Positions 9,823 through 19,300 are shown, numbered from the stretch's first letter. The stretch: 64,000 bases of DNA from an uncultured Thermoleophilia bacterium (GCA_963844235.1 CAWJNF010000005.1:65899-129898), one strand, 5' to 3'. Program-made: numbers and translations. Notes: generated by a model from the sequence alone, not told the origin.

Positions 9823-10892
9823 GCCGCCGGCAGCGTGAAGGAGATTCTGGCGCCGCCGCCGGGTCGCTGCTCGGCCCAGATCCGGCCGCCCTGGGCCTCG
9901 ACCAGTCCGCGTGCGATGGCGAGGCCCAGGCCGGCCCCGCCGCGCGCGCGGGCTCTCGACGGGTCGGCGCGCCAGAAGCGGTCGAAGACGCGAGGCTCGG
10001 CGCCCTCGGGGATCCCCTCGCCGGTGTCCTCCACGGTGACGCGGACCTGCTCGTCCCAGGGCTCGACCAGCACGGCGACCGAGCCGTCGGACGGCGTGTG
10101 GCGCAGAGCGTTCACGAGCAGGTTGAGGAGAACGCGCTCGACCTTGTCGGGCGCGCAGCGGACGGACGGCGTTCCGTCGGCCACCCGTGAGGCAAGCGCA
10201 ACGTGCCTGGCCTCCGCTTCCGCCTCCATGCCGCGCAGGCAGGACTCGACGAGGGCGGGCAAGGGCGCCTCCTGGAGCTCGAGGGTGAGAGCGCCGGCGT
10301 CGATTCGAGCGAGCTCGAACAGGTCGTCGACGAGCGCGCCGAGCGTCCGCACCTGCTCGCGCAGCGCCGGCAGGTACCGCTCCGGATCGGCGAGCCCGTC
10401 CTCGAGCGCCTCGAGCATCGCCTGCATGTTCGCGAGCGGCGTCCGCAGGTCGTGGCTCGCCCAGGCGACGAGCTGGCGGCGCGCGTCGAAGAGCCCCTCG
10501 ACGTTGGCGGCCATCTCGTTGAAGCTCGTGGCGAGCTCGGCCAGCTCGGTGGGGCCGTCCTCCGGGGCGCGTGCCGCCAGGTCGCCGCGAGCGAGGGCCG
10601 CCGACGCCGAGCGGACGCGCTCGATCGAGCCACCGATCCGGCGAGCGACGAGCAGCGCTCCGGCGAGCGCGGCCGTCGAGGACGCCACCGCCACGAGGAG
10701 GATCGTCATGTCGTGGCCGGAGCTGAACATCGCGACACCGGAGAGCGTCACGGCGGCGAGGGGCAGGCAGACGGCGGTGAGCGCGAGCGCGACGAGCTGC
10801 AGGCGGACGCTGTGGAGACGCGTAAGTAGGACAGCCGCGATCAGCCCGGCGCCGAAGGTTGCGACCGCCACGACGACCGCGAACGCGATCAC
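9819..10892 (-). CDS. sensor histidine kinase (TM-HAMP-HisKA-HATPase)
   Basis: H-box WASHDLRTPLA; ATPase motifs DTGEGIP and GGAGLGLAIARG. The start overlaps the response-regulator stop (GTGA). Confidence 0.85.
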   Translation of the reverse strand: MIAFAVVVAVATFGAGLIAAVLLTRLHSVRLQLVALALTAVCLPLAAVTLSGVAMFSSGHDMTILLVAVASSTAALAGALLVARRIGGSIERVRSASAALARGDLAARAPEDGPTELAELATSFNEMAANVEGLFDARRQLVAWASHDLRTPLANMQAMLEALEDGLADPERYLPALREQVRTLGALVDDLFELARIDAGALTLELQEAPLPALVESCLRGMEAEAEARHVALASRVADGTPSVRCAPDKVERVLLNLLVNALRHTPSDGSVAVLVEPWDEQVRVTVEDTGEGIPEGAEPRVFDRFWRADPSRARARGGAGLGLAIARGLVEAQGGRIWAEQRPGGGARISFTLPAA

Positions 10893-11605
10893 GGCGCCGT
10901 CCGCTGGCTCTCGCCGTCGGCAGGCGACGGCGACAAGAAGCGGTAGCCGACGCCCCAGACCGTCTGCAGATAGCGTGGATGGGCGGGATCGTCCTCGATC
11001 TTCTCCCGCAGTCTCCGAACGTGGACGGTCACGGTGCCGGTATCGAGCGCCGACGTGTATCCCCAGACGCGATCCATGAGCTGGTCGCGCGAGAACACCT
11101 GTCGCGGGTGGCTGGCGAGGAACCAGAGCAGGTCGAACTCCTTCGCGGTCAGCTTGAGCTCTCGGCCGCCCTTGCTCACCTCGCGCGTGCGCTGGTCGAT
11201 GGTGAGGTCGTCGACAGCGAGCTGCTCGCTTCCGGCCGCATGTGGCCCGGCGCGACGCAGCACCGTGCGCACGCGCGCGACGAGCTCGCGGGGCGAGAAC
11301 GGCTTCGTGACGTAGTCATCCGCCCCGAGCTCCAGCCCCACGATCCGGTCGGCCTCCTCACCGCGGGCTGTGAGCATGATCACGGGGAGCTCGGAGCGCC
11401 GCCGGATCCAGCGGCAGAGCTCGAGCCCGTCCGTGCCGGGGAGCATGAGGTCGAGCACCACGAGCGCCGGGCTCGAGCTTTCCACGAGCTCGCGGGCGCG
11501 GTCTCCGTCGGCGGCTTCGAGCGTGCGATAGCCCTCCCGCTGCAGGTAGCTGCACACGACCTCGCGGACGATCGATTCGTCGTCTACGACGAGAACGGTG
11601 GGCAT
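10889..11605 (-). CDS. OmpR-family response regulator
   Basis: Receiver domain MPTVLVVDDE...DLMLPGTDG; wHTH YLQTVWGVGYRF. The longer start at 11623 is possible. Confidence 0.9.
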   Translation of the reverse strand: MPTVLVVDDESIVREVVCSYLQREGYRTLEAADGDRARELVESSSPALVVLDLMLPGTDGLELCRWIRRRSELPVIMLTARGEEADRIVGLELGADDYVTKPFSPRELVARVRTVLRRAGPHAAGSEQLAVDDLTIDQRTREVSKGGRELKLTAKEFDLLWFLASHPRQVFSRDQLMDRVWGYTSALDTGTVTVHVRRLREKIEDDPAHPRYLQTVWGVGYRFLSPSPADGESQRTAP

Positions 11606-11727
11606 GTCCGGATTCAAGCCCATCGGAGCTTACGTAAGCGTGAAATCGGCGGTTTGCGGCGATTCACGAACTCGTAAGGCGGGCGTAAGCCCTGGGAAAC
11701 GGACTGTCCGTAGGGTCGGTCACGTTC

Positions 11728-12516
11728 GTGCACCGACACGGGAGGGCAGACATGGGTAGACGTACGCTCGCGGCGATCGTTACCGCCGTCCTGGTGCTTT
11801 CGGCGGCGGCCCCGGCCATGGCGGCGGTCGCCGCTCCTGCGGGGGCCCCGGAGGGCGACGTCCAGCACTTCCTCGACGAGCAGACTGTGGTACGCGGCTT
11901 CTTCCGCGGCCGGACCGTCCGCTATCTCGATCTGGGCGCCGTCAAGCTCGCGCCCGGCAACCGTGTGGCCCCGATCTGGGTCGTCACGAACGGGACGGGA
12001 ACGCAGCGGAACATCATCGACGTCGTGCCGGGGCGGGACGGCTACACGCCGCTTTGGCGCGTCACGATGGTGACGTGGAAGCGGGGCTTCACGCCACGGA
12101 CGCTGAAGTCGGCGGCCGCGGTGCGCGCTGCCGCTCGGGCCGGCAAGGTCACGCTGAAGCGCACCGGGATCGTCGTCAACTGCCCGGTGCTCGGCTTCGA
12201 CCAGCCGGAGACGCTCGGCTTCTACAAGGGCCAGACGGTCGCGTACCTCGATCTCGGCCTCGTCAAGCTGAGGCCCGGGAACGCGGTGGCCCCGATCTGG
12301 GCGGTTACGAACGGCACCGGCGACCAGCGCAACGTGATCGACGTCGTCCCCGGCGACGACGGGTACACGCCGCTCTGGAGCGTGCGGATGGTGACGTGGA
12401 AGGACGGGGTGGCGGCTCGCACCCTCCGCTCGGCCGAGGAGGTCGAAGCGGCGCTCGCTGCGGGTGAGGTGACCATCGAGGAGACGGATCTCGTCGTGAA
12501 CTGTCCGGTGGTCTGA
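11728..12516 (+). CDS. secreted protein built from two tandem ~115-aa repeats
   Basis: Signal peptide present. The segment ...YLDLG.VKL.PGN.VAPIW.VTNGTG.QRN.IDVVPG.DGYTPLW.V.MVTWK...VVNCPV occurs twice. Confidence 0.6.
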   Translation: MHRHGRADMGRRTLAAIVTAVLVLSAAAPAMAAVAAPAGAPEGDVQHFLDEQTVVRGFFRGRTVRYLDLGAVKLAPGNRVAPIWVVTNGTGTQRNIIDVVPGRDGYTPLWRVTMVTWKRGFTPRTLKSAAAVRAAARAGKVTLKRTGIVVNCPVLGFDQPETLGFYKGQTVAYLDLGLVKLRPGNAVAPIWAVTNGTGDQRNVIDVVPGDDGYTPLWSVRMVTWKDGVAARTLRSAEEVEAALAAGEVTIEETDLVVNCPVV

Positions 12517-12531
12517 GACGAATCGCGTCGT

Positions 12532-12564
12532 AGCGGCGGGCGGGGCTGGAACTCGCCCGCCGCT
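12532..12564. terminator. bidirectional hairpin (AGCGGCGGGCG / CGCCCGCCGCT)
   Basis: 11-bp inverted repeat between convergent genes ending at 12516 (+) and 12593 (-). Confidence 0.45.
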
Positions 12565-12592
12565 CTCCTTCGGCCGGTGGACTACTCGCGAG

Positions 12593-13009
12593 CTAGCCCC
12601 ACTGACCCGTGGTGAGGTCGATCTCACCCACGGTGAAGCGTTTCTGCATGCCCTGGCTGAGGTGGAAGCCGTTGAACACCGTGCAAACGGCCAGGTAGGA
12701 ACCCGGCCTCAGGTTGACCGTCATCTGCCGTGACTCGCCGCCGGCGATATCCCCTGTCTTGAACTTCCTTCCCTGCGCCACGTAGACGATGGTGAAGTTG
12801 TGCGGGAACTCGCCGTTGTTGCGGAACGTGAACGTGTAGCTGCCAGGCTCGTAGTTCTTCTTGACGTTGCCGAACCGAAACTCCCTCATCGTGATGGTCG
12901 CCGCGGTCGGCCCAGCACCGGTCTCTCGCGCGAGCGCGTAGCCGGAGAATGCGCCGGCGACGCACACGGCCGCGGCTATGAGCGCGATCGCTTTCCTCCT
13001 CATTCTCAC
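12593..13009 (-). CDS. secreted cupredoxin-like (type-1 copper) protein
   Basis: Signal peptide present. Ligand pattern His...Cys-x6-His-x4-Met (FPHNF ... AVCTVFNGFHLSQGM). Confidence 0.65.
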   Translation of the reverse strand: MRMRRKAIALIAAAVCVAGAFSGYALARETGAGPTAATITMREFRFGNVKKNYEPGSYTFTFRNNGEFPHNFTIVYVAQGRKFKTGDIAGGESRQMTVNLRPGSYLAVCTVFNGFHLSQGMQKRFTVGEIDLTTGQWG

Positions 13010-13082
13010 CTCCCGGTCGGCCCCGCCGGCCCCCAGCCCTACCCGGGCTTACGGCCGGTCAGCCGGAACGGATTCGGCGCGA

Positions 13083-13793
13083 TCAGGGCGGCAGCTCGGC
13101 GACTCCGTCGGCGACGGACACCAGGCCGTCCCGGGCGAGTGCGGCGACCGCATCGGCGTCCAGCTCGTCGAGCCGGCGTGGGCCGGCCGCGACGGCGCGC
13201 AGCGCTCTGGCGCGGCGCTGCCTGAACGAGCCCTCGAAGGGCCCCTGCTTGCGTTCGGGCGGGAAGGTCTTGCCGCGTGAGGGGCAGAGCGCTGCCAACG
13301 GGCATGCCGCGCACCTGGGGATGCGGGCCAGGCAGACGTTGGCGCCGAGGTCCATGAGCGCCGCCGCAGCCTCGGCGCTGAAGTGGACGCCGGTGCGGCC
13401 GAGCACGCGGCGCACGTTGACGTCGACGGGCAGCACGGCCCGTCCGTGCGCGAAGCGGGCGACAGCTGTGGCCGTGTATGTCCCCACCCCCGGCAATCTC
13501 GTGAGGTCGTCGGGCCAGCCCCGCGTAGCGATCTCGCGAGCCGCGCGGTGCAGGTTGAGCCCGCGGCGGTTGTAGCCGAGCCCTTGCCACTCGCGGATGA
13601 CGCTCGCGGGGGAGGCGGCGGCGAGAGACTCGACTGTCGGCCAGCGGGCGAGGAACGCGACGTAGCGTGGGACGACCCGCGGCACCTGCGTCTGCTGCAG
13701 CATCACCTCGGACACCAGGATCGCGTACGGGTCGCGTGTGCGGCGCCAGGGCAACCCGTGGCGCCCGTGCTCGGCGAACCAGCGGAGAAGCAT
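13083..13793 (-). CDS. mutY: A/G-specific adenine glycosylase / HhH-GPD base-excision glycosylase
   Basis: MLLRWFAEHGRHGLPWR, VSEVMLQQTQV, HhH motif LPGVGTYTA, and Fe-S Cys cluster C...CAACPLAALC. Start taken at ATG 13793. Confidence 0.8.
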   Translation of the reverse strand: MLLRWFAEHGRHGLPWRRTRDPYAILVSEVMLQQTQVPRVVPRYVAFLARWPTVESLAAASPASVIREWQGLGYNRRGLNLHRAAREIATRGWPDDLTRLPGVGTYTATAVARFAHGRAVLPVDVNVRRVLGRTGVHFSAEAAAALMDLGANVCLARIPRCAACPLAALCPSRGKTFPPERKQGPFEGSFRQRRARALRAVAAGPRRLDELDADAVAALARDGLVSVADGVAELPP

Positions 13794-13916
13794 GGTCTCG
13801 GCAGGGTGGGGCACTGCTCGGCGGACGCTACCCGTGCGAGCCGACAGGGTCGGCCTCGAGCGGTCTGATCGCGGCGCAGAACTTGGCACACCTCCGTCAC
13901 GAAGCTGGCGCATTCG

Positions 13917-13959
13917 GTCACACACGTGTAGGGGGTCTGACCCCATGGGTCAGACCCCT
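13917..13959. repeat. 43-nt palindrome-containing intergenic element, copy 1
   Basis: GTCACACACGTGTAGGGGGTCTGACCCCATGGGTCAGACCCCT is identical to 32008-32050. It contains ACACGTGT and a 12-bp-stem/3-nt-loop hairpin. Confidence 0.9.
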
Positions 13960-13990
13960 TCGTTTCGAGGGCTCGTATGCTCGAGACCCG

Positions 13991-14941
13991 ATGACGAGGC
14001 TCGTCGCAGCGACGCGGACGGGAATCTCGGTAGCCGAGGAGGCCCTTGCCTGGCGGACCGACCGAGTGCTCGCGGGAGAGGACGTGCGGTCGCTCGCCGC
14101 CGCAGGTGGGGGCTCCATGTACGCGGGCACGCAGGGTCGGGGGGTGTTCCGCTCGGGCGACGGCGGCGCGACGTGGTCGCCGTCCGGGCTGGAAGGAGCG
14201 ATCGTGAAGGCGCTCGCGGTCGGCCCCGACGGCGCGGTCTACGCCGGGACGAAGCCCCCCGGCCTTCACGTCTCCTACGACGCCGGGGAGACGTGGAGCG
14301 AGCTCGAGGCGTTCCGCGCCCTGCGCCGGTGGTACTGGCGCCAGCCGGCAGAGAAGCCGCACACACCCTACGTGCAGGCGCTCGCCGTGTCCCCCGCGCA
14401 AGCGGGCACGATCCTGGCTGGAATCGAGGCCTTCCGGATTCTGCGCACCGAGGACGGCGGTCGCACATGGGCGCGTCTGCGCCGGGGAGTCTGCCTCGAT
14501 TGCCACGACCTGGCCTTCCACCCGCGCCGCGGCGAGCACGTCTACGAGGGTGCCGGGCTCGGGGCGTCGTGGAGTCGCGACGGCGGCAGGACGTGGTCGC
14601 GGGCCACTGCGGGCCTCGACCGTCGCTACATCCTCTCGATCGCGGCCGACCCCAGCGATCCGGAGCTCTGGTACGCCGGGGCCGCGCCGATGCGCGCGGC
14701 ACACACGGCGAACTCGCGTGCCTGCCTTTTCCGGTGGACCGGCACCAGGTGGGAGAAGCTGGCGGGCGGCCTTCCTGACGAGCTCGAGCATCTACCCACC
14801 GCGCTTCTCAGTCCGCAGCCCGGTGTTGTGTACGCGGGGCTGCGCGACGGCACGGTGTGGCGCTCCACCGATCGGGGGGACTTCTGGGAACGGCTCGCCG
14901 TTGCGTTCGACGGCCTTCGCCGGCTTGCCGTGCTCACGTAG
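13991..14941 (+). CDS. BNR/Asp-box repeat (beta-propeller) protein
   Basis: Five Asp-box-like repeats: SGDGGATW, SYDAGETW, TEDGGRTW, SRDGGRTW, STDRGDFW. Start at ATG 13991 (MTRLVAATR). Confidence 0.65.
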   Translation: MTRLVAATRTGISVAEEALAWRTDRVLAGEDVRSLAAAGGGSMYAGTQGRGVFRSGDGGATWSPSGLEGAIVKALAVGPDGAVYAGTKPPGLHVSYDAGETWSELEAFRALRRWYWRQPAEKPHTPYVQALAVSPAQAGTILAGIEAFRILRTEDGGRTWARLRRGVCLDCHDLAFHPRRGEHVYEGAGLGASWSRDGGRTWSRATAGLDRRYILSIAADPSDPELWYAGAAPMRAAHTANSRACLFRWTGTRWEKLAGGLPDELEHLPTALLSPQPGVVYAGLRDGTVWRSTDRGDFWERLAVAFDGLRRLAVLT

Positions 14942-15002
14942 CGGTCTCGGGCTCGCCGCCGCCTTGAGGTCAGACTCTGCGCATGCCGCGACCCTGCGAG
15001 GC

Positions 15003-16127
15003 TCAGCTGCCGGTCTCGAGGTCGCCGATCCAGGCGGCGAAGAGGGGGTCGACGATCACATGCTTGCCGTCGACACGCTCGATCTCGGCCGTCGCGCTCA
15101 ACCGGGGCAGCGCCTTTCGCACCATGTCCTTCGTCAGCTGCAGCCGCCGGAGGACCGATTCTCGGTAGGGCGAGCCCTCGCCGGCGATCACGGCTCGCAT
15201 CGTCTTCTGCTGCGACGTGTCGAGCCCGCGCCACTCGGCGTCGAACTCGGCCGTCAGCTCGAGGAGCGCGGCAGCCCGGGCCGTGCTCCAGTCGTCGAGT
15301 GTGCCGCTGCCGCCCGGGGGGAGCTCCTCCCAGAGGCGGTGCGCGAGCAGCATGGAGCGTTGCGGGTGACCCGCCGCGAGCTCTACGAGGGGGTTGAGAG
15401 CCTCACCGGCGTTCCGCCCCGTCTGCTGAAACCGTTCGGCCACATATGTCGCGACGTCCTCCTGCGCGAGCCGACCGAGGCGCATCGGCACGGCAGAGCC
15501 GTAGAGAGGGCGATCTCTGCTCTCGAAGAGGTGCTTCATCAGCCCCGGCTCCGAGCCCGCGAACACGTACGACGCGACCTCGCCGTGATGCTGGATATGA
15601 CTTCTCACCAGCCCGTCGAGGTCGGGGATCTTGTCGATGTCCTGGAACTCGTCGAAGACGATGAACGCCCGGTAGCCGCCGCTTTCCTCCAGCCGCAGCG
15701 GAAGCGCGAGCAGCGCATGGAGGGCCGGCAGCGGAGCGAGCTTCGGGTCGAGCTGCAGCCGCGCGCTGATGCCGAACGCACCGAGCGAGAGGCCGATGCC
15801 GGTCTTCTGCAGGAAGTCCTCGATCCTCGCTCGAACCGCGCCTTTCAGCTGCCGGGCGTACGCGCGCTCGAGCCGGACGGCGACGTCGGCCAGGGAGACG
15901 ACCCGATAGAGATCGACGAGGATGGGAATCAGCCCCTCCCGCTCCTCGCCCTCCTGCAACGCCCGTCTGAGCAGGCTCGTCTTGCCGTACTTGCGCGGTG
16001 CGTAGAGACGCACGTAGTGGCCACCCACGACACTGCGAAGCAGCTGCTGCGTCTCGCCGTCTCGATCGATGACGTCCTCCGGCGGCACCGGGCGGGAGTA
16101 CACGAAGGGATTCACATCGCTGATCAT
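15003..16127 (-). CDS. AAA-type ATP-binding protein (archaeal-ATPase-like)
   Basis: Walker A YAPRKYGKTSL; Walker B IVFDEFQDI. Start at MISDVNPF; the ORF could extend to 16193. Confidence 0.65.
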   Translation of the reverse strand: MISDVNPFVYSRPVPPEDVIDRDGETQQLLRSVVGGHYVRLYAPRKYGKTSLLRRALQEGEEREGLIPILVDLYRVVSLADVAVRLERAYARQLKGAVRARIEDFLQKTGIGLSLGAFGISARLQLDPKLAPLPALHALLALPLRLEESGGYRAFIVFDEFQDIDKIPDLDGLVRSHIQHHGEVASYVFAGSEPGLMKHLFESRDRPLYGSAVPMRLGRLAQEDVATYVAERFQQTGRNAGEALNPLVELAAGHPQRSMLLAHRLWEELPPGGSGTLDDWSTARAAALLELTAEFDAEWRGLDTSQQKTMRAVIAGEGSPYRESVLRRLQLTKDMVRKALPRLSATAEIERVDGKHVIVDPLFAAWIGDLETGS

Positions 16128-16219
16128 GACCGTCCAAGAGACTACCAGATAGTCGTCTGATGGACTACTGAATGTAAGTCCAACGAGACGCAACGCCGGG
16201 CATGCTCTAGATTCCGCGC

Positions 16220-17284
16220 GTGGTCAGAGTGCGCTTTGCGCCCAGCCCGACCGGGGCCCTCCATCTCGGCTCGGCGCTCACCGCGGTCGCGAACAGGCGC
16301 TTCGCCGACGAGCGCTCCGGCTTGCTCACCCTGCGGATCGACGACACCGACGTCGCTCGGGTCGATCCCGAGGCCGAGGCCGGCATCCTGCGTGACCTCG
16401 AATGGCTGGACGTGATCTGGGACGAGGGGCCGCTCCGGCAGAGCGACCGAATCGGTCTCTATCGCGATGCCTCCACGCGATTGCTCGAGGAGGGTCATGC
16501 GTACGACGATCGCGGTGCGGTCAGGTTCCAGGGCGAGCGCAATGCGACGCTGCTGCGGTCTGACGGCAGCGCCACGTACCACCTCGCCTCGGTGGTAGAC
16601 GATGCGCAGCTCGCGATCACGCACGTCATCCGGGGCCGCGACCACCTGCCCAACACCGAGCTGCACCGGGCGCTGGCACGTGCCCTCGGTGCGGAGCCGC
16701 CCGAGTACGTCCACCACGGGCTCCTGGTCGGAGCGGACGGCCAGAAGCTCTCGAAGCGCCACGGCGCCGCCTCCGTGGCAGACCTCCGCGGCGAAGGTAT
16801 CCCGGCGGAGGCCGTGCGCGCCTACCTCGAGGAGCTCGATCTTCCCCGCCACGACGTGCAGCTCGATCTCGCCCGGGTCAGGCGGCTGTCGGTCGACGCG
16901 ATCACCGCCCTGCCCGACGAGGAGCTCTGTGCCCGAGTCGACGCTCCACCGCGGTTCGCCGCCGCCCTGCGGGGAGCCCGGACGCTCGCGGAGGCGCGGG
17001 ACATCGCCGCTCAGCTCGCGCAACGGCCGGCGGTGGTAGAGCTCGACGAGCGCGGAAGGCTCACGGCCGAGCGGTTCAGGGAGCTGCGGGAGCGGATACC
17101 GGGCGACCTGGACGCAGACGCCGCCCGCACGCTGCTGCGCGAGCTGAAGGCGGTCGGGGGGGATCTCCGCAGCCTGCGTCTCGTCCTCACCGGTGTGACC
17201 AGCGGTCCCGAGCTGTGGGCGGTGCTCGTCGTCCTGACGCGAGAGGAGACACTGGCTCGCGTGAGCGCCGGCTCGCACAATTAG
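16220..17284 (+). CDS. gltX: glutamyl-tRNA synthetase-like class I ligase, unusually short (354 aa)
   Basis: HIGH-type PSPTGALHLG; KMSKS-type KLSKRHG; LLRSDGSATYHLASVVDD. The connective region between HAYDD and LLRSDG is very short. Confidence 0.7.
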   Translation: MVRVRFAPSPTGALHLGSALTAVANRRFADERSGLLTLRIDDTDVARVDPEAEAGILRDLEWLDVIWDEGPLRQSDRIGLYRDASTRLLEEGHAYDDRGAVRFQGERNATLLRSDGSATYHLASVVDDAQLAITHVIRGRDHLPNTELHRALARALGAEPPEYVHHGLLVGADGQKLSKRHGAASVADLRGEGIPAEAVRAYLEELDLPRHDVQLDLARVRRLSVDAITALPDEELCARVDAPPRFAAALRGARTLAEARDIAAQLAQRPAVVELDERGRLTAERFRELRERIPGDLDADAARTLLRELKAVGGDLRSLRLVLTGVTSGPELWAVLVVLTREETLARVSAGSHN

Positions 17285-17294
17285 CATCCTTGGG

Positions 17295-18578
17295 GTGCGC
17301 CTCTACAGCTCGTTCAGCCGCCGCCTCGAGGAGGCGCCGCCACCGCCCGGCCCGATCGGCATGTACTTCTGTGGCCCGACGGTCTACCAGCGGATCCACG
17401 TCGGCAACGCGCGGCCGTTCGTCATCTCGATGTGGCTGCGGAACTGGCTGGCGTTGCGCGGCTACGACGTGACACTCGTGGAGAACATCACCGACATCAA
17501 CGACAAGATCTACGACGCGGCTCCAGGCGCGAGCGCGCAGCTCGCCGAGCAGGCCTCCCGGTGGTACGTGGAGGACACCGACCGGCTCGGGCTCGGCAGG
17601 CCGGACTACGAGCCGAAGGCGTCGGAGACCGTGGCCGAGATCGTGGCGCTGATCGAGGAGCTGGTCGGCCGGGGGCTCGCCTACGAGGCCGGCGGCGACG
17701 TGTACTTCCGCGTGGCGCGCTTCGAGGACTATGGCCGGCTGTCGGGTCAGCGTCCCGACGAGGTTCAGGAGCAGGAGCCGAACCCACTCAAGGATGACCC
17801 GCGCGACTTCGCCCTCTGGAAGACGACGAAGCCGGGCGAGGACACGCACTGGGAGTCGCCGTGGGGCCCAGGCCGGCCCGGCTGGCACATCGAGTGCTCG
17901 GCCATGGCCGAGAAGTATCTCGGCCCGTCGTTCGAGATCCACGGCGGCGGGCTCGACCTCGTCTTCCCCCACCACGAGAACGAGCTCGCCCAGTCACGCG
18001 GGGCAGGGCGGGAGTTCGCGCGCATCTGGATGCACAACGGGATGCTGCGCCTCACCGGCGAGAAGATGTCGAAGTCGCTCGGCAACATCGCCACGCTGCA
18101 GGAGGTGCTGGACGAGTGGGGTCGGGAGACCCTGCTGCTCTTCTTCATGACCGCGCACTGGCGCAAGCCGCTCGACTTCTCCGAGGAGACGATGGGAGCA
18201 GCCCGGGCTCAGGTCGACGGCTTTCGCAACGTGCTCGTCGAGCCCGGCAACGAGCCCGTGGACGAGGAGCAGTGGTCCCGTCTGGCGGCCGCCCTCGACG
18301 ACGACTTCAACACGCCGGAGGCGTTGGCGGTTCTGCACGAGTGGCGGAGCAGGGGAGAAGCCGGCGCCTTGGTGCGCGGCCTGTCGCTCTTCGGCCTCGA
18401 GTCTCTGGCGCGACGCGCGAAGGCACCCGAGGAGGTTCGGCTGCTGCAGCGACGTCGCGACGAAGCGCGAGACCGGCGCGACTTCGCCGAGGCCGACCGG
18501 CTGCGCGACGAGATTCTCGCCCACGGCTGGGAGCCGCGCGACTCCGCCGACGGCACAGCGCTCGTGCCCCGCGAATGA
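17295..18578 (+). CDS. cysS: cysteinyl-tRNA synthetase
   Basis: CGPTVYQRIHVGNARPF, WHIECS, HHENE, KMSKSLGN. Confidence 0.9.
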   Translation: MRLYSSFSRRLEEAPPPPGPIGMYFCGPTVYQRIHVGNARPFVISMWLRNWLALRGYDVTLVENITDINDKIYDAAPGASAQLAEQASRWYVEDTDRLGLGRPDYEPKASETVAEIVALIEELVGRGLAYEAGGDVYFRVARFEDYGRLSGQRPDEVQEQEPNPLKDDPRDFALWKTTKPGEDTHWESPWGPGRPGWHIECSAMAEKYLGPSFEIHGGGLDLVFPHHENELAQSRGAGREFARIWMHNGMLRLTGEKMSKSLGNIATLQEVLDEWGRETLLLFFMTAHWRKPLDFSEETMGAARAQVDGFRNVLVEPGNEPVDEEQWSRLAAALDDDFNTPEALAVLHEWRSRGEAGALVRGLSLFGLESLARRAKAPEEVRLLQRRRDEARDRRDFAEADRLRDEILAHGWEPRDSADGTALVPRE

Positions 18579-19300
18579 CGGCGCCTCGAGAGCTCGTCTA
18601 CGGCCGCCACCCGGTGCGCGAGGTGCTCCGTGCGGGCCGCCGCGAGATACACGAGCTGCTCGTCTCGCAGCGCGCGCTCGAGTCGGAGGCGTGGCTGCGA
18701 GAGACACCCGGCCTGCGGGTCAAGGTCGTCGCCGACGCGCGACTGAGCGCTGCGTCGGCAACGAGGGATCACCAGGGCGTCGTCGCGTACTGTGAGCCCT
18801 ACCGCTACGCGGACGCGTGGGAGCTGGCGGCCGGCGATCGGCGGCTGATCGTCTGCTTGGACGGGGTCACCGACCCGCACAATCTCGGGGCTGTCTGCCG
18901 GAGCGCCGAGGGAGCGGGCGCGTCCGGCGTCGTTCTCCCCGAGCGGGGCGCGGCGCGGGTCACGCCCGCCGTGTGTCACGCCTCCGCCGGCGCGGTCGAG
19001 CACCTGCCGGTGGCAGTCGTCGTCAACCTCGCCCGCTACCTCGGCGAGGTGAAGCGCGCCGATCTGTGGGCGTGGGCGGCGACCGAGCGGGCCGAGCAGC
19101 CGGTCTGGGAGGCCGACCTCGCCGGCGGCACCGCGCTCGTCTTCGGCGCGGAGGGTAAGGGCGTGCGGCCCGGCGTGCGGCGCGCCTGTGACGGCGCTTT
19201 CGCGATCCCGCTCGCGGGTCACGTCGAGTCGCTGAACGTCAGCGTGGCCGCCGGCATCGCGCTCTTCGAGGCCGCTCGCCAGCGCGGTCCCTCTACCTGA
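18575..19300 (+). CDS. rlmB: 23S rRNA 2'-O-methyltransferase, SpoU/TrmH family (RlmB/YacO-like)
   Basis: YGRHPVREVL, GVTDPHNLGAVCRSAEGAG, ESLNVSVAAGIALFE. ATG 18575 overlaps the cysS stop (ATGA). Confidence 0.85.
   Translation: MTAPRELVYGRHPVREVLRAGRREIHELLVSQRALESEAWLRETPGLRVKVVADARLSAASATRDHQGVVAYCEPYRYADAWELAAGDRRLIVCLDGVTDPHNLGAVCRSAEGAGASGVVLPERGAARVTPAVCHASAGAVEHLPVAVVVNLARYLGEVKRADLWAWAATERAEQPVWEADLAGGTALVFGAEGKGVRPGVRRACDGAFAIPLAGHVESLNVSVAAGIALFEAARQRGPST

Noticed and set aside
13667-13990. 5' extension of the BNR-repeat gene (ORF-track start 13667). The extension of mutY to 13946 is the same case.
   Set aside because: Both extensions read through the 43-nt palindromic repeat and overlap each other. 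Conserved sequence starts at 13991 and 13793 respectively.
17861-18574. Long 479-aa ORF preceding rlmB. The 21579-22007 extension before pta is the same case.
   Set aside because: These are out-of-frame readings of cysS and yacP respectively. The true starts (ATG 18575, ATG 22008) coincide with the onset of family motifs.
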